64,000 bases of DNA from Alphaproteobacteria bacterium. Its GTDB lineage: Bacteria; Pseudomonadota; Alphaproteobacteria; M2410. The DNA lies in the NCBI GenBank assembly GCA_030614785.1, contig JAUWTJ010000005.1:4144-68143 (forward strand), in the 5' to 3' direction. Each line of letters begins with the position of its first letter. The stretch's first letter is position 1. A program made the position numbers and the translations under genes. Positions 20,665-32,307 of this stretch are shown here, in pieces. A model generated the notes under the pieces. It was not told the origin of the DNA. It saw only the letters and a program-made list of their open reading frames with translations, and did no database searches.

Positions 20665-23600
20665 TTAAGTATACGATTGCAAGGGCCGAACTTCAAGGGT
20701 TGTAACATCCTCTTCGCAAATTGCCCGCGCCGCCACCTTGGCGGCTGCCATGGTCGTATAATATGGAATGCGCTGCTCCAGCGTGGTGCGCCGGATGGTC
20801 ATGGAATCCTGCAGGGATTTTGCACCCTCCGTGGTGTTGAAGACCAGATCGACCTCGCCGTTCTTCATCGCGTCGACGATGTGAGGCCGGCCTTCAAAAA
20901 CCATGTTGACGGTTTCCGCCTCTATCCCGGCCGCGCACAGGGTTTCGGCGGTGCCACTCGTGGCAATGAGCCTGAAGCCTTTTTCTTTAAGGCTGCGCGC
21001 GGCTGCCAGGATCCCCGTCTTGTCTCGTTCCTTGAGCGAGATGAAAACGGTTCCTGATGTTGGCAAGGTAACGCCGCCGCCGAGCTGGCTTTTGGCGAAG
21101 GCGGCGACGAACCGGGTATCGATCCCCATGACCTCGCCGGTCGAGCGCATTTCGGGGCCCAGTATTGTATCCACGCCTGGAAAGCGCGCGAAGGGGAAGA
21201 CGGCTTCCTTGACTGTGACGTGCCCCTCATTGTGAGTGGTCAGATCAAAATCTGTCAGCTTTTCGCCGGCCATCAGCCGCGCTGCGATTTTGGCAATCTG
21301 CACGCCGATGCTCTTGGCGACGAACGGCACGGTGCGGCTGGCGCGCGGATTAACCTCAAGCAGATAGATGTCATCTCCCTTGATGGCAAATTGCACATTC
21401 ATCAGGCCGATGACATTGAGTTTGAGGGCAAGCGCTTCGGTCTGGCGTTTCAGCTCTTCGATAATTTCAGGGCGCAGGGACCAGGGCGGCAGGGAACATG
21501 CTGAATCGCCGGAATGAACCCCGGCCTCTTCAATGTGCTCCATGATTCCGGCGACAAAGACCTGGGCGCCGTCACACAGGCAATCTACATCAACTTCAAT
21601 GGCGTCCTGAAGATAACCGTCGATGAGATAACCATCGGCAAAAGCCGGGATATCGCCCGACGCTGTCGCCATACGCTGGAGATAGCGATCCAGTTCATCT
21701 TCGGAGCGCACGATTTCCATGCCCCGCCCGCCAAGCACGTAGGAGGGCCTGATGACCACGGGAAAGCCGACCTCAAGCGCCGCCGCGGATGCCTCTTGCG
21801 GTGAATAGGCCAGAGCGTTCTTCGGCTGGCGCAGATCAAGCTCCTGCAACAGCTTCTGGAAGCGCTCGCGGTCTTCGGCCAGATCGATGGCATCAGGCGA
21901 CGTTCCCAGGATCGGAATACCTTCGTCCTCAAGGCGTTGGCAAAGCTTGAGCGGTGTCTGACCGCCAAGCTGAACGATGACGCCGTGCAGCGTGCCGTTC
22001 TTCTGCTCTGTATGAATGAGCTCCAGCACATCCTCTGCGGTCAGCGGCTCAAAATAAAGCCGGTCCGACGTATCATAGTCGGTCGAGACCGTCTCTGGAT
22101 TGCAGTTCACCATGATGCTCTCCAGGCCGGCATCGCTCATGGCATAGCAGGCGTGACAGCAACAATAGTCAAATTCGATGCCCTGACCGATCCGGTTGGG
22201 ACCGCCGCCCAGAATGATGACTTTCCTGGCGTCTGTCGGCGCACTTTCGCATTCCGGCTCATCGCTAAAGGCCGGCGTCTCATAGGTCGAATACATGTAA
22301 GGCGTTTTGGCCTCAAACTCTGCCGCACACGTATCAATCCGCTTGTAGACGGGCCGCACGTTCAGGGCCTGGCGATGGGCGGTGACTTCTTTTTCGGATT
22401 TGCCGGTCAGTTTGGCGAGCCGCATATCCGAAAAGCCCGCTGACTTGAGGCGGCGCATGGCAACGGCGTCGGACGGCAGTCCTTCGGCCCGGACCGTGGC
22501 TTCTTTATCCATCAGGTCTCTGATCTGGTCGAGGAACCAGGGGTCAACGAAGCAGGCCTTGTGAATGTCTTCATTCGACATGCCAAGACGCATGGCCTGG
22601 GCGATAACCACGAGGCGGTCCGGCGAAGGCTTGGCAAGCATGGCAAAAATGGCAGCGGTGTCATTGTCTTCGCCGAGGCCAGGAATGTCGTATTCGTCAA
22701 GCCCGGTGAGCCCGGTTTCGAGGCTGCGAATGGCCTTTTGCAGACTTTCCTGGAACGTCCGGCCGATGGCCATGCTTTCCCCAACCGACTTCATGGAGGT
22801 CGTCAGGTGCGGCTCGGCGCCAGGGAATTTTTCAAATGCAAAGCGAGGGATTTTGGTGACGACATAGTCAATGGTCGGCTCGAATGAGGCAGGCGTCACG
22901 CCTGTGATATCATTGAGCAATTCATCGAGTGTGTAGCCGACCGCCAGCTTGGCCGCAACGGTGGCGATGGGGAAACCCGTCGCCTTGGACGCCAGCGCCG
23001 AGCTCCGCGACACACGCGGGTTCATCTCGATAACCACCAGCCGCCCGTCTTTGGGATTGACCGCAAACTGCACATTCGAGCCACCGGTTTCAACACCGAT
23101 CTCGCGCAGCACTGCAATCGAGGCGTTGCGCATGATCTGATATTCTTTGTCGGTCAACGTCAGGGCAGGGGCGACAGTCACTGAATCGCCGGTATGAATG
23201 CCCATCGGGTCGATGTTCTCGATGGAGCAGATGATGATGCAATTGTCCGCAGAGTCGCGAACCACTTCCATTTCATACTCTTTCCATCCGACCACGGATT
23301 CTTCAATCAGAACCTCGGTCGTTGGCGAGGCATCAAGGCCGCGCTCGACAATCGCGTGAAATTCCTCAACATTATAGGCGATGCCGCCACCCAGCCCGCC
23401 CATGGTGAACGAGGGCCGCATGATGGCGGGCAGGCCGATCTTTTCAAAAGCCAGCTCGGCTTCGGCGCGGTTGTGCGCCAGCATCGAGCGCGGGCTTTCG
23501 AGGCCGATTTTGTCCATGGCATTGCGGAACAGCTGACGGTCCTCGGCCTTGTCGATGGCTTCCTTCTTGGCACCAATCATCTCAACGCCGTATTTCTCCA

Positions 23601-23922
23601 GCACGCCCATTTTGGCAAGGCTCAGCGCCGTGTTCAATGCTGTCTGGCCGCCCATGGTCGGCAGCAGTGCATCGGGGCGCTCTTTTTTAATGATCTTGGC
23701 AACAAACTCCGGCGTGATCGGCTCGATATAGGTGGCATCAGCCATCTCCGGATCAGTCATGATCGTCGCCGGGTTCGAGTTCACCAGAATAATCCGGTAC
23801 CCCTCTTCCTTCAGCGCCTTGACCGCCTGCGTCCCCGAATAATCAAACTCGCACGCCTGGCCAATAACAATCGGGCCGGCGCCAATAATCAGGATACTTT
23901 CTATGTCGGTTCTTTTGGGCAT
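20665..23922 (-). CDS. carB: Carbamoyl-phosphate synthase large subunit
   Basis: 1085 aa with duplicated ATP-grasp halves and an MGS-like C-terminus. Confidence 0.97.
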   Translation of the reverse strand: MPKRTDIESILIIGAGPIVIGQACEFDYSGTQAVKALKEEGYRIILVNSNPATIMTDPEMADATYIEPITPEFVAKIIKKERPDALLPTMGGQTALNTALSLAKMGVLEKYGVEMIGAKKEAIDKAEDRQLFRNAMDKIGLESPRSMLAHNRAEAELAFEKIGLPAIMRPSFTMGGLGGGIAYNVEEFHAIVERGLDASPTTEVLIEESVVGWKEYEMEVVRDSADNCIIICSIENIDPMGIHTGDSVTVAPALTLTDKEYQIMRNASIAVLREIGVETGGSNVQFAVNPKDGRLVVIEMNPRVSRSSALASKATGFPIATVAAKLAVGYTLDELLNDITGVTPASFEPTIDYVVTKIPRFAFEKFPGAEPHLTTSMKSVGESMAIGRTFQESLQKAIRSLETGLTGLDEYDIPGLGEDNDTAAIFAMLAKPSPDRLVVIAQAMRLGMSNEDIHKACFVDPWFLDQIRDLMDKEATVRAEGLPSDAVAMRRLKSAGFSDMRLAKLTGKSEKEVTAHRQALNVRPVYKRIDTCAAEFEAKTPYMYSTYETPAFSDEPECESAPTDARKVIILGGGPNRIGQGIEFDYCCCHACYAMSDAGLESIMVNCNPETVSTDYDTSDRLYFEPLTAEDVLELIHTEQKNGTLHGVIVQLGGQTPLKLCQRLEDEGIPILGTSPDAIDLAEDRERFQKLLQELDLRQPKNALAYSPQEASAAALEVGFPVVIRPSYVLGGRGMEIVRSEDELDRYLQRMATASGDIPAFADGYLIDGYLQDAIEVDVDCLCDGAQVFVAGIMEHIEEAGVHSGDSACSLPPWSLRPEIIEELKRQTEALALKLNVIGLMNVQFAIKGDDIYLLEVNPRASRTVPFVAKSIGVQIAKIAARLMAGEKLTDFDLTTHNEGHVTVKEAVFPFARFPGVDTILGPEMRSTGEVMGIDTRFVAAFAKSQLGGGVTLPTSGTVFISLKERDKTGILAAARSLKEKGFRLIATSGTAETLCAAGIEAETVNMVFEGRPHIVDAMKNGEVDLVFNTTEGAKSLQDSMTIRRTTLEQRIPYYTTMAAAKVAARAICEEDVTTLEVRPLQSYT

Positions 23923-24639
23923 CTAATCTCCGAAGAAAAATAGTCTTATTGCTTTGATTGCAAGCTTGGCAACTTCTTCAAGTGCCGCCTTGCTGAATAC
24001 TTTGGATACTCTGCGAAGGCCTGCGAGCAATTTAGTTTCGACAAACTGGCGTGTTACGGAGTCACCGGACTCTAGCTTGGTAATACCTTCATCCAAATTG
24101 GACAGTATTTCATTACGTTCTTCTTGATGATGCTCTGCGTAGCCGTTGTCCTTACGGATTTCATCTCTTGCCTTATTCAAGCAGGAGACCATTTCGCCGT
24201 AGCCGCTGCGAGATCTGTCAACAGGAAGTGGGGTCCAGTGCTCATCAGACGAGGTATCGACCGGTGGAGTTACTTTACCCGTTGCCTCTACTTGGAGACT
24301 GCTCAGTGTAAGGCCGGAGGCGGATTGGCTTGAACGCATCAGCAAGTATTGGGATACATCTGATTTAGGATTTTCCTCTCGATCCTGAACCGATTTGATC
24401 CCAGCACCAGTTATCGAGACTAGCGTTTTCGAGATTTCTTCAATGAAATTCCATTCAACAAGGTGACTCTTCTCGAGGTTCCGAACTGTCGTCTCAAGAA
24501 AATTGGATGTGACGTCATACGAAATGAGGTCTGCAATATCATCCGTACCGAAGTGTTTGGCATCATGATTTGCCAGTTGATCCAAAAGCTCAACTAACAC
24601 TGCAACCTCAACATCGGATATTTTTGTGCCAAGCCCCAT
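23923..24639 (-). CDS. Hypothetical protein (lower-GC ORFan wedged between carA and carB)
   Basis: 238 codons at about 43-46% GC by hand count, against about 58-60% in the flanks. Its stop TAG directly abuts the carB ATG, and its own ATG lies 3 nt after the carA stop, with GGAG inside the carA 3' end. No recognised domain. Confidence 0.55.
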   Translation of the reverse strand: MGLGTKISDVEVAVLVELLDQLANHDAKHFGTDDIADLISYDVTSNFLETTVRNLEKSHLVEWNFIEEISKTLVSITGAGIKSVQDREENPKSDVSQYLLMRSSQSASGLTLSSLQVEATGKVTPPVDTSSDEHWTPLPVDRSRSGYGEMVSCLNKARDEIRKDNGYAEHHQEERNEILSNLDEGITKLESGDSVTRQFVETKLLAGLRRVSKVFSKAALEEVAKLAIKAIRLFFFGD

Positions 24640-24642
24640 CCT

Positions 24643-25773
24643 CTACTCCATCATTCCGACAAAGCGGTCAAAGAGGTAGTGGGAGTCTTGCGGGCCGGGG
24701 GAGGCTTCGGGGTGGTACTGGACCGAGAAGATCGGTTTGCTGTCAACCATGAGGCCGCAATTGGTGCCATCAAACAGCGAAAGGTGACTTTCCTTGACGC
24801 CTGACGGAAGAGTATCGGCGTCGACCGTGAAGCCGTGGTTCATCGAGGTAATCTCGACCTTGTCTGTGGTGAGGTCCTTGACCGGATGATTGGCGCCGTG
24901 GTGGCCCTGATGCATTTTTTTGGTCTTGGCGCCGAGCGCCAGCGCCAGCATCTGGTGTCCGAGGCAGATGCCGAACATCGGCTTGCCGCTTTCAATCAGT
25001 TTTTGAATTTCCGGCACGACATATGTCCCCGTTGCCGCCGGATCGCCGGGACCATTGGAAAGGAAGATGCCGTCGGGATCCATGGCCAGGATGGCCTCGG
25101 CGCTGGTTGAGGCGGGGACAACGGTCACATCACAACTGAGCCCGGCCAGATCGCGCAGGATGTTGCGCTTGATGCCGAAGTCCATGGCGACCACATGGCG
25201 CTTTGATGCGCCTCGCGCGCCAAAGCCTTCATTCCAGACCCACGGCGTCTCGTCCCACTTGTAGGTTTCGGTCGTGGTCACTTCTTTGGCCAGGTCCATG
25301 CCTTCAAGTCCGGCAAAAGCTTTTGCTTCCGCCTGCAGGGCCGCGATATCAAAAACGCCGTCAGGCGCATGGGCGATGACGGCGTTTGGCATTCCTTTTT
25401 CGCGGATCAGCCGGGTCAGCGCCCGGGTATCGACCCCTGAAATGGTAATAATATTCTGCGCTTTCAGCCAGCTGTCGAGATCGGCGGCCGACCGGTAATT
25501 GGAAGGTTCCGTAATATCGGTCTTGAGGACCGCGCCGCGCACTGCGGATGCCGTGCCCTCGAGGTCCTCGTCATTGGTGCCGACATTGCCGATATGGGGG
25601 AAGGTGAAGGTGATGATCTGGCCTGCATAGGACGGATCGGTCAGGATTTCCTGATAACCGGTGATGGCGGTGTTGAAACAGACCTCGCCAACGGCGGAGC
25701 CGGTGGCCCCCAGACCGTGGCCTTTGAGGAGTGTGCCGTCTGCCAGAACAAGGAGTGCGGTAGGTCTGCTCAT
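24643..25773 (-). CDS. carA: Carbamoyl-phosphate synthase small subunit
   Basis: Glutamine amidotransferase triad region (GICLGHQ); start taken at [13 protein letters not shown]. Confidence 0.95.
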   Translation of the reverse strand: MSRPTALLVLADGTLLKGHGLGATGSAVGEVCFNTAITGYQEILTDPSYAGQIITFTFPHIGNVGTNDEDLEGTASAVRGAVLKTDITEPSNYRSAADLDSWLKAQNIITISGVDTRALTRLIREKGMPNAVIAHAPDGVFDIAALQAEAKAFAGLEGMDLAKEVTTTETYKWDETPWVWNEGFGARGASKRHVVAMDFGIKRNILRDLAGLSCDVTVVPASTSAEAILAMDPDGIFLSNGPGDPAATGTYVVPEIQKLIESGKPMFGICLGHQMLALALGAKTKKMHQGHHGANHPVKDLTTDKVEITSMNHGFTVDADTLPSGVKESHLSLFDGTNCGLMVDSKPIFSVQYHPEASPGPQDSHYLFDRFVGMME

Positions 25774-26076
25774 TTGGTGCGCGCTCCAAAAAGGGCTTCG
25801 CAACCCGCGTGTCGCGGCTTTGCGAGTTTGATTTTCGTGTCCGGCATGCGGACCCCCTTCGACAAAGAGAAGTTCTAAATTTTTGATGAAAAAGCCCGGG
25901 CAGGGCCTAAACGCGCCGGACCCTATGCCAAAGCGTTTGCACGGTCAAGACTTCAATTTTCAAAAAACATCGTTTAAAAACAATGGCTTATGTCAGAGAA
26001 AATAATTGCGGATGGCTGCCGGATGGACTAGGGTCCGGTACTTCGCCAAATGGCGCCAAAAGGCAGAAGGTGATTC

Positions 26077-26529
26077 ATGCGAGAAGAATTAAACGAGGCG
26101 CTTAAGACAGCATTGAAGGCGCAGGACAAGCGCCGTCTTTCGACCCTCAGACTCATCCTGGCGGCCATCAAGGACCGCGATATTGCAGCCCGTTCAGAAG
26201 ATCGCAATGAAGGGGTTTCAGATGAGGAAATCCTGTCGATCCTTCAGAAGATGGTCAAGCAGCGCAAGGAGTCCTCGACCATGTATGAAGAGGCCGGCCG
26301 TCTCGAGCTGGCCGAGCAGGAGCGCGAGGAAATCGCCATCATTGATGAATATCTGCCGCAGCAGATGAGCGACGATGAAGTGCGCACCGCTACGCAAGAG
26401 CTGGTGAAAGACATTGAAGCTGCTGGCCTGAAAGACATGGGCCGCACCATGGCCGCCCTCAAGGAACGCTACGCCGGCGTGATGGATTTCAAGGTAGCGT
26501 CAGCGACCGTCAAAGAGCTTTTGGGCTAG
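26077..26529 (+). CDS. GatB/YqeY domain-containing protein
   Basis: Typical YqeY sequence (LKxALKAxDKxRLSTLRLILAAIKDRD). Confidence 0.85.
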   Translation: MREELNEALKTALKAQDKRRLSTLRLILAAIKDRDIAARSEDRNEGVSDEEILSILQKMVKQRKESSTMYEEAGRLELAEQEREEIAIIDEYLPQQMSDDEVRTATQELVKDIEAAGLKDMGRTMAALKERYAGVMDFKVASATVKELLG

Positions 26530-26533
26530 TCCA

Positions 26534-27001
26534 TTACTTCACTTCATAAATCTCATACCCGACACCATCCTCGGTGACGTGGCCGACGCCGACAGCGACG
26601 ATGCCGTTAAGCCAGGAATATTTCTCTGATCCCGTCTCAAAGATCGGCGCGGTTCTGAAGTAATAGCTCGACGGGTCAGGCAGCCCGTTTGAACGATCAA
26701 ACAGAGCCGCGAACTGTTCCGGCGGCACAGTAATCCGGCCCTTGTACTGGACGAAGATATTGGCGCCGTCGTCGGTCTGGAGCGTGGCTCTCACATCGAG
26801 ATTGAGGATACCGAGACCAGGGTTGAGGAGAAACCAGTCTGCACCCGATGGCAGAATGGTTCCCTTGAGCCTGGGACCCTCGAAACTGCCGCCGGTGACA
26901 TCCGCGATGGCGCGCATCCCCATCGCACCGTTGCCGATATCCACGGTCGGCTTGAGGCTTGCCTGAAAATTCATCAGAAACTCGGATTGCAGTCCACTCA
27001 T
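26534..27001 (-). CDS. DUF3237-family protein
   Basis: 155 aa beta-rich protein; the family assignment is from memory. Confidence 0.6.
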   Translation of the reverse strand: MSGLQSEFLMNFQASLKPTVDIGNGAMGMRAIADVTGGSFEGPRLKGTILPSGADWFLLNPGLGILNLDVRATLQTDDGANIFVQYKGRITVPPEQFAALFDRSNGLPDPSSYYFRTAPIFETGSEKYSWLNGIVAVGVGHVTEDGVGYEIYEVK

Positions 27002-27064
27002 GGCATAATCTCCCTAATTGTTTCGCGAATGTTAGACTCCGCCTGCATTTTTGGGAAGCGCTGC

Positions 27065-27093
27065 TTGACTCTTTCGGCAGGGCGCACTATTTA
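27065..27093 (+). promoter_or_regulatory. Candidate sigma-70 promoter upstream of dnaG (TTGACT-N17-TATTTA)
   Basis: Hexamers read directly from the sequence about 200 bp upstream of the dnaG start; weak evidence. Confidence 0.2.
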
Positions 27094-27296
27094 ATCTGCT
27101 GCCGGCGAGAGATGCGGTAGACCCTTTGTGGCACCGACACCAATTGGCCAGACGGCAATAGAAGACTGAGAGTCTATTGATTTTTTGAACCCTGGCGGGA
27201 GACTGCCGGGCGTTTAGTGTCGTTTATACCTTTGAAATAATGGGATATTTATTGGTCGATTGGAAAAAAAGAGCCTCGCTGAATGAGTTTTCGCCC

Positions 27297-29222
27297 ATGA
27301 GTTTTCCGGGACATTTTCTGGATGAATTGCGCACCCGCCTGTCGATTACCGACGTGGTGGGCAAACGCGTGACGTGGGACCGGGCAAAATCCAATGCCCG
27401 GCGCAAGGATTACTGGGCCTGCTGTCCGTTTCATTCAGAAAAATCCCCCTCTTTCCATGTCGATGAAACCAAAGGGTTTTATCACTGCTTCGGCTGCGGC
27501 GCGCACGGCGACATTGTCGGGTTTGTCATGAGTCAGGATAATCTGTCCTTCATCGAGGCGGTCGAGCGGCTCGCCGGAGATGCCGGGATGACGATGCCCG
27601 AGCAAACGCCCCGGATGCGGGCAGAAGAAGAAAAGCGCGCCGGTCTCGTCGAGATCATGGAAATGGCAACGCAATTCTTTGAAAAAATTCTGCATCAGTC
27701 GAGCGGCGAGGTGGCCAGGAGCTATCTTGACGGGCGCGCCCTCAGTCCAAAAACCTGGGCCACCTTCCGCATCGGTTATGCACCCGATGCGCCTTCGGCT
27801 CTTTCGGACCATCTCATTGCGCAAGGCATCAAGCCGGACCAGTTGATAGAGGCCGGGCTTTCCCTTGAAAGCGACCGTGGCGGCCTGCGTGACCGGTTCC
27901 GGGGCCGCATTATTTTCCCCATCATGGATGGTCGCAGCCGCGTCATTGCTTTTGGCGGACGCGCGATGTCGTCTGAAGCCAAAGCCAAATATCTGAATTC
28001 ACCCGAGACGCCTTTGTTCCACAAGGGCCGTACCCTGTATAATATTGCGCCGGCGCGCCGCGCTGCTGCGGACCTGTCGCGCTCGGACAATGTGCACCGC
28101 CTGCCGGGCGTTGTTGTGGCCGAAGGCTATATGGATGTCATCGCATTGTCGCTGGCCGGCATCACGCAGTCGGTCGCACCGCTCGGCACCGCCATGACCG
28201 AAGAACAAATTCTGCTGGCCTGGAAGATGTGCCCCGAGCCTGTACTTTGTTTTGACGGCGATGCTGCCGGGATCAAGGCTGCGGGCCGGGCGATGGAACG
28301 TGCCTTGCCGCTGTTGCGTCCGGGACATTCGCTCGGGTTTGTATTGTTGCCAGGCGGCCTGGATCCGGATGACCTCATTCGCGAAAAGGGTTCCGAAGCC
28401 ATGCGGGCGATCCTGGCAAAGCCAATCCCGCTAATTGATTTTCTCTGGCGACGGGAGGTCGAAGAGGGTCCGTTTGATACGCCGGAGAAGCGTGCGGCTC
28501 TGGAAGAGCGGCTTGACTATGCAACAGGACAAATTCGCGATGACAAGGTTCAGCGGTTCTACCGCCAGGCTTTGCGCGACCGGCTCTACAAACATTTCAA
28601 CACACGCAAACCAACCGCAGCGGCATCGCGGCCAGGGCGCGGTGAAACTTTCGGACGTCCGAAACAGCCTCAGGGCATTTCAGCCGCGCTCAGAAAATCC
28701 TCTTTGGCCCAGGCCAGCAGACTGTCCGGCGGCCTGGGCGCAGGGCGTGATCTTGATCTTTGCGTGGAGCGGGAGCGGGTTCTGGTTTCGTCAATCTTGC
28801 GATTTCCTGAGCTCCTCGATGCCCATGGCGAGAGTTTCGCGGAAATGCCCCTTGAGCGTCCCGAACTTGACAGGGTAAGGCGGGATATTCTGGATGTTGC
28901 CGCCTCCGGCGTGGCGCTTGACATGAACGCGCTGCGCAACCATTTGAAGGATAGAGGCGCGACGCATCTGGTCGATCAATTGCTGCGCCATGCGGTCCAG
29001 AAGCACGCCCACATATTCAGTAAAGACGCACAGCTGAAAGACGCAGAAGAAAATTGGTCTCACGTCCTCGCGCTTCATCGCGAGATGCTCTCTTTGAAAC
29101 GAGAGGCAAAAGAGGCCGAGGTTCTGTTTCAACAAGATGGCAGTAGTGAGAATTGGCAGCGCCTGCAGCGAATTCAAACTCAGTTACAGCAGGCATCAGT
29201 CATTCAATCGGGAGACGGCTAG
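27297..29222 (+). CDS. dnaG: DNA primase
   Basis: Zinc ribbon CCPFHSEKSPSF...CFGCG, TOPRIM domain; the start aligns with the MSFPGHFLDEL N-terminus. Confidence 0.95.
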   Translation: MSFPGHFLDELRTRLSITDVVGKRVTWDRAKSNARRKDYWACCPFHSEKSPSFHVDETKGFYHCFGCGAHGDIVGFVMSQDNLSFIEAVERLAGDAGMTMPEQTPRMRAEEEKRAGLVEIMEMATQFFEKILHQSSGEVARSYLDGRALSPKTWATFRIGYAPDAPSALSDHLIAQGIKPDQLIEAGLSLESDRGGLRDRFRGRIIFPIMDGRSRVIAFGGRAMSSEAKAKYLNSPETPLFHKGRTLYNIAPARRAAADLSRSDNVHRLPGVVVAEGYMDVIALSLAGITQSVAPLGTAMTEEQILLAWKMCPEPVLCFDGDAAGIKAAGRAMERALPLLRPGHSLGFVLLPGGLDPDDLIREKGSEAMRAILAKPIPLIDFLWRREVEEGPFDTPEKRAALEERLDYATGQIRDDKVQRFYRQALRDRLYKHFNTRKPTAAASRPGRGETFGRPKQPQGISAALRKSSLAQASRLSGGLGAGRDLDLCVERERVLVSSILRFPELLDAHGESFAEMPLERPELDRVRRDILDVAASGVALDMNALRNHLKDRGATHLVDQLLRHAVQKHAHIFSKDAQLKDAEENWSHVLALHREMLSLKREAKEAEVLFQQDGSSENWQRLQRIQTQLQQASVIQSGDG

Positions 29223-29308
29223 CTTGAGTACGAGGCATCTTCGAAGTCATTGGACTTCAAGGGTGGACGAAGCTGTCGGATCAGGAAACTAAAGAGCGGA
29301 GATTAACC

Positions 29309-31882
29309 GTGGCGACCAAAGTAGCACAGACTAAAAAGACAGCCAAAAAGGTAGTGGCAAAGACGAAGACCGTTGCCAAAACAGCGACAAAGGCAGCCAC
29401 CAAAAAGGCCGCGCCAAAGACGGCAAAAAAAGCTGCGGCCAAAACAGCAGCGAAGCCTGCTGGCAAAAAAGTGGTTGCCAAAACGGCTGTTAAAACAGCG
29501 AAGAAATCAGTGACGAACACAAAAATAGCAACGAAAGTCAAAACTGCGGCAAAGACCGCAGTGAAAGCCGCCGCTCCGGTCGTCAAAAAGACGACCCAAA
29601 AGACTGCGAAGAAGGCGGCGGTAAAGGCAGCCCCCAAAACACCTAACAAAACAGCCAAAGCGGCTGCGGGCAAGAAAACCGCAACCAAAGCTCAGGAGAA
29701 AACGGCAAAAGTGGAAGTAGAGAGTAAGAAGAAGGCGGTTTCACAGAAAACGGCCACCAGGAAAACCGCCACCAAAAAAACGGTTGCCAAAAAAACTGCC
29801 ACCAAAAAAACAACCAAAGCAAAGGCTGAAGCGTCGGCGAAATCTCCCAAGGTCGCAAAAGGTGCAAGTGCCGAGAAAAGTCAAGTGGACGCGGCGGACC
29901 GCCCGCTACTCGATATGTCTGACAGCGGCGTCAAGAAGATGATCGCTGCAGCCAAGAAGCGCGGCTACGTCACCTATGATGAGCTGAACGAGGTTGTTCC
30001 GTCGGACGAGGTATCTTCTGAAAAGATTGAAGATATTATGTCGATGCTTTCTGAAATGGGCATCAATGTCATCGAAGCTGATGATGCTGAGGAAGTCGAA
30101 AGTGGTTCCGAGGCAGGGACAGACATTGCCACGAAAACCGGGACAGCGGTTACAGCCAAGCCCAAGCCGACCACCACCCTTGATCGCACGGACGATCCCG
30201 TCCGCATGTATCTGCGTGAAATGGGGACCGTTGAGTTGCTCTCGCGCGAAGGCGAGATTGCCATCGCCAAGCGCATTGAGGCCGGACGCGAAACCATGAT
30301 TGGCGGCCTGTGCGAAAGCCCGCTGACCTTTGAAGCAATTATCGTATGGCGCGACGAACTCAATGAAGGAAAAGTTCTTCTGCGTGAGATCATTGACCTC
30401 GACGCGACCTATGGCGCTGGCCCTGAAGGGCAAGCCAAGAAGCGTGCACTTGAGGCCGAGAATGCTGCCAACCTGGCAAAACTGACAGGCGATTCGCCCG
30501 GTGCCCCGGACGGGATTCCCGGCGCAAAACCGGCAGCTGAGCCTGGCAAGGAAGGTGAAGAAGGCGCGGCCAAAACTGAAGGCACCGATGACGATGATGC
30601 AGAGGAAGAAGCAACCTTGTCGCTTGCGGCAATGGAAGCAGCTCTGAAGCCTCAGGTCTTTGAGGAATTCGACCAGATCGCAGCAAGTTACAAGAAGCTT
30701 CGCAAACTGCAGGAAGCGCTCGTTGAGGCCGTCCTCAATAATCAGACCCTGACGCCAAGCCAGGAGCGTCGCTACAAGAAATTGAAGGCGGAGGTTATTG
30801 AATACGTCAAGAACCTGCACCTCAACAACAACCGGATCGAAGCGCTTGTCGATCAGCTCTATGGCATCAATCGTCGGATGGTATCCCTTGAAGGCAAACT
30901 GATGCGCATGGCCGACGCTCACGGCGTTCCTCGTCAGGAGTTCCTGAAGCAATATCTCAACAATGAGCTGGACCCACACTGGTCGCGCCGTGTGTCTCGT
31001 TTGGCCGGTCGGGGCTGGAAAGAATTCATCAAGGAAGAGAAAGATCAGGTCGACGAGATCCGTGAGGATATCCAGACTGTTTCTCAGGAAGTTGGCGTTG
31101 AGATCACCGAATTCCGCCGGATCGTAAACACAGTTCAAAAGGGCGAGCGCGAGGCACGCCAGGCCAAGAAGGAAATGGTCGAGGCCAATCTTCGTCTCGT
31201 GATTTCGATCGCCAAAAAATACACCAATCGCGGCCTCCAGTTCCTCGATCTCATTCAGGAAGGTAATATCGGCCTCATGAAAGCGGTCGACAAGTTTGAA
31301 TACCGTCGCGGTTACAAGTTCTCGACCTACGCCACATGGTGGATCCGTCAGGCAATTACCCGGTCCATCGCTGATCAGGCGCGCACGATCCGTATTCCGG
31401 TTCACATGATCGAGACCATCAACAAGCTGGTTCGCACCTCGCGGCAGATGCTGCATGAAATTGGCCGCGAACCAACACCGGAAGAGCTTTCAGAAAAGCT
31501 CGCCATGCCGCTCGAAAAAGTGCGCAAGGTTTTGAAGATTGCCAAGGAACCAATTTCTCTCGAGACGCCCATTGGTGATGAAGAAGACAGTCATCTGGGT
31601 GATTTCATCATGGACCCCAATGCGATCTTGCCAATTGACGCGGCCATTCAGTCCAATTTGAGAGAAACAACGACGCGGGTGCTCGCGTCCCTGACCGCAA
31701 GGGAGGAGCGTGTGCTGCGCATGCGTTTCGGTATAGGGATGAATACTGACCATACTTTGGAGGAAGTCGGTCAGCAGTTCTCGGTAACACGCGAACGTAT
31801 TCGTCAAATCGAGGCAAAGGCGCTGAGGAAACTCAAGCACCCGAGCCGGTCCCGTAAACTCAGGAGTTTCCTGGATAACTAA
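29309..31882 (+). CDS. rpoD: RNA polymerase sigma factor RpoD (sigma-70) with a Lys/Ala/Thr-rich, histone H1-like N-terminal insertion of about 185 aa
   Basis: Conserved regions 1.1 through 4.2 are present (PLLDMSD...YVTYDELN; [50 protein letters not shown]; ...[19 protein letters not shown]). The N-terminus begins MATKV as usual, but KTA/KKA repeats follow for about 185 residues before region 1.1. GTG start. Confidence 0.93.
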   Translation: MATKVAQTKKTAKKVVAKTKTVAKTATKAATKKAAPKTAKKAAAKTAAKPAGKKVVAKTAVKTAKKSVTNTKIATKVKTAAKTAVKAAAPVVKKTTQKTAKKAAVKAAPKTPNKTAKAAAGKKTATKAQEKTAKVEVESKKKAVSQKTATRKTATKKTVAKKTATKKTTKAKAEASAKSPKVAKGASAEKSQVDAADRPLLDMSDSGVKKMIAAAKKRGYVTYDELNEVVPSDEVSSEKIEDIMSMLSEMGINVIEADDAEEVESGSEAGTDIATKTGTAVTAKPKPTTTLDRTDDPVRMYLREMGTVELLSREGEIAIAKRIEAGRETMIGGLCESPLTFEAIIVWRDELNEGKVLLREIIDLDATYGAGPEGQAKKRALEAENAANLAKLTGDSPGAPDGIPGAKPAAEPGKEGEEGAAKTEGTDDDDAEEEATLSLAAMEAALKPQVFEEFDQIAASYKKLRKLQEALVEAVLNNQTLTPSQERRYKKLKAEVIEYVKNLHLNNNRIEALVDQLYGINRRMVSLEGKLMRMADAHGVPRQEFLKQYLNNELDPHWSRRVSRLAGRGWKEFIKEEKDQVDEIREDIQTVSQEVGVEITEFRRIVNTVQKGEREARQAKKEMVEANLRLVISIAKKYTNRGLQFLDLIQEGNIGLMKAVDKFEYRRGYKFSTYATWWIRQAITRSIADQARTIRIPVHMIETINKLVRTSRQMLHEIGREPTPEELSEKLAMPLEKVRKVLKIAKEPISLETPIGDEEDSHLGDFIMDPNAILPIDAAIQSNLRETTTRVLASLTAREERVLRMRFGIGMNTDHTLEEVGQQFSVTRERIRQIEAKALRKLKHPSRSRKLRSFLDN
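29330..29880. repeat. Imperfect tandem coding repeats (AAA/AAG-ACN-GCN units) encoding the KA-rich segment of rpoD
   Basis: Visible periodic aaaac(a/g)gc(n) units; they generate a spurious antisense ORF at 29281-29688. Confidence 0.7.
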
Positions 31883-31909
31883 GTTGTTATCTCGTGCGTT
31901 GGTACACAA

Positions 31910-32260
31910 ATGCTTTTAACAATGATGAAGGCCAAGCTTCACCGAGCTGTGGTCACCCAAACTGATATGCACTACGAAGGGTCCATCTCCATTGATATGG
32001 ATCTTCTTGATGCTGCCGGAATTCTGCCTCATGAACAGGTTGATGTACTGAACATCAACACCGGTACCCGCTTTACGACCTATGCCATTGAGGCAGAGCG
32101 GGGGTCGAAAACCTTCGGTATCAATGGCGCGGCCGCCCGCCTGGCAGAACCCGGCGACCGCATCATTGTGGTGGCCTATGGTCAGCTGGAAGCCGAAAAG
32201 GCTCGCAATTACGCACCGACCGTGGTCTGTTTGGACGAAGATAACACCATCGTTCAATAA
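31910..32260 (+). CDS. panD: Aspartate 1-decarboxylase
   Basis: [29 protein letters not shown] matches the PanD N-terminus and self-cleavage region. Confidence 0.9.
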   Translation: MLLTMMKAKLHRAVVTQTDMHYEGSISIDMDLLDAAGILPHEQVDVLNINTGTRFTTYAIEAERGSKTFGINGAAARLAEPGDRIIVVAYGQLEAEKARNYAPTVVCLDEDNTIVQ

Positions 32261-32307
32261 GGCCGCCGTTCAATGAGTTGCCTTGAACACCAGGGGAGAA
32301 ACAACAC

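Noticed and set aside
29281-29688. 135-aa Ala/Val/Phe-rich ORF on the minus strand
   Set aside because: Low-complexity artefact of reading the rpoD Lys/Ala repeat region in antisense.
29906-31456. 516-aa ORF on the minus strand
   Set aside because: It is antisense to rpoD, whose reading frame has unambiguous sigma-70 regions; a typical long open antisense frame in high-GC DNA.
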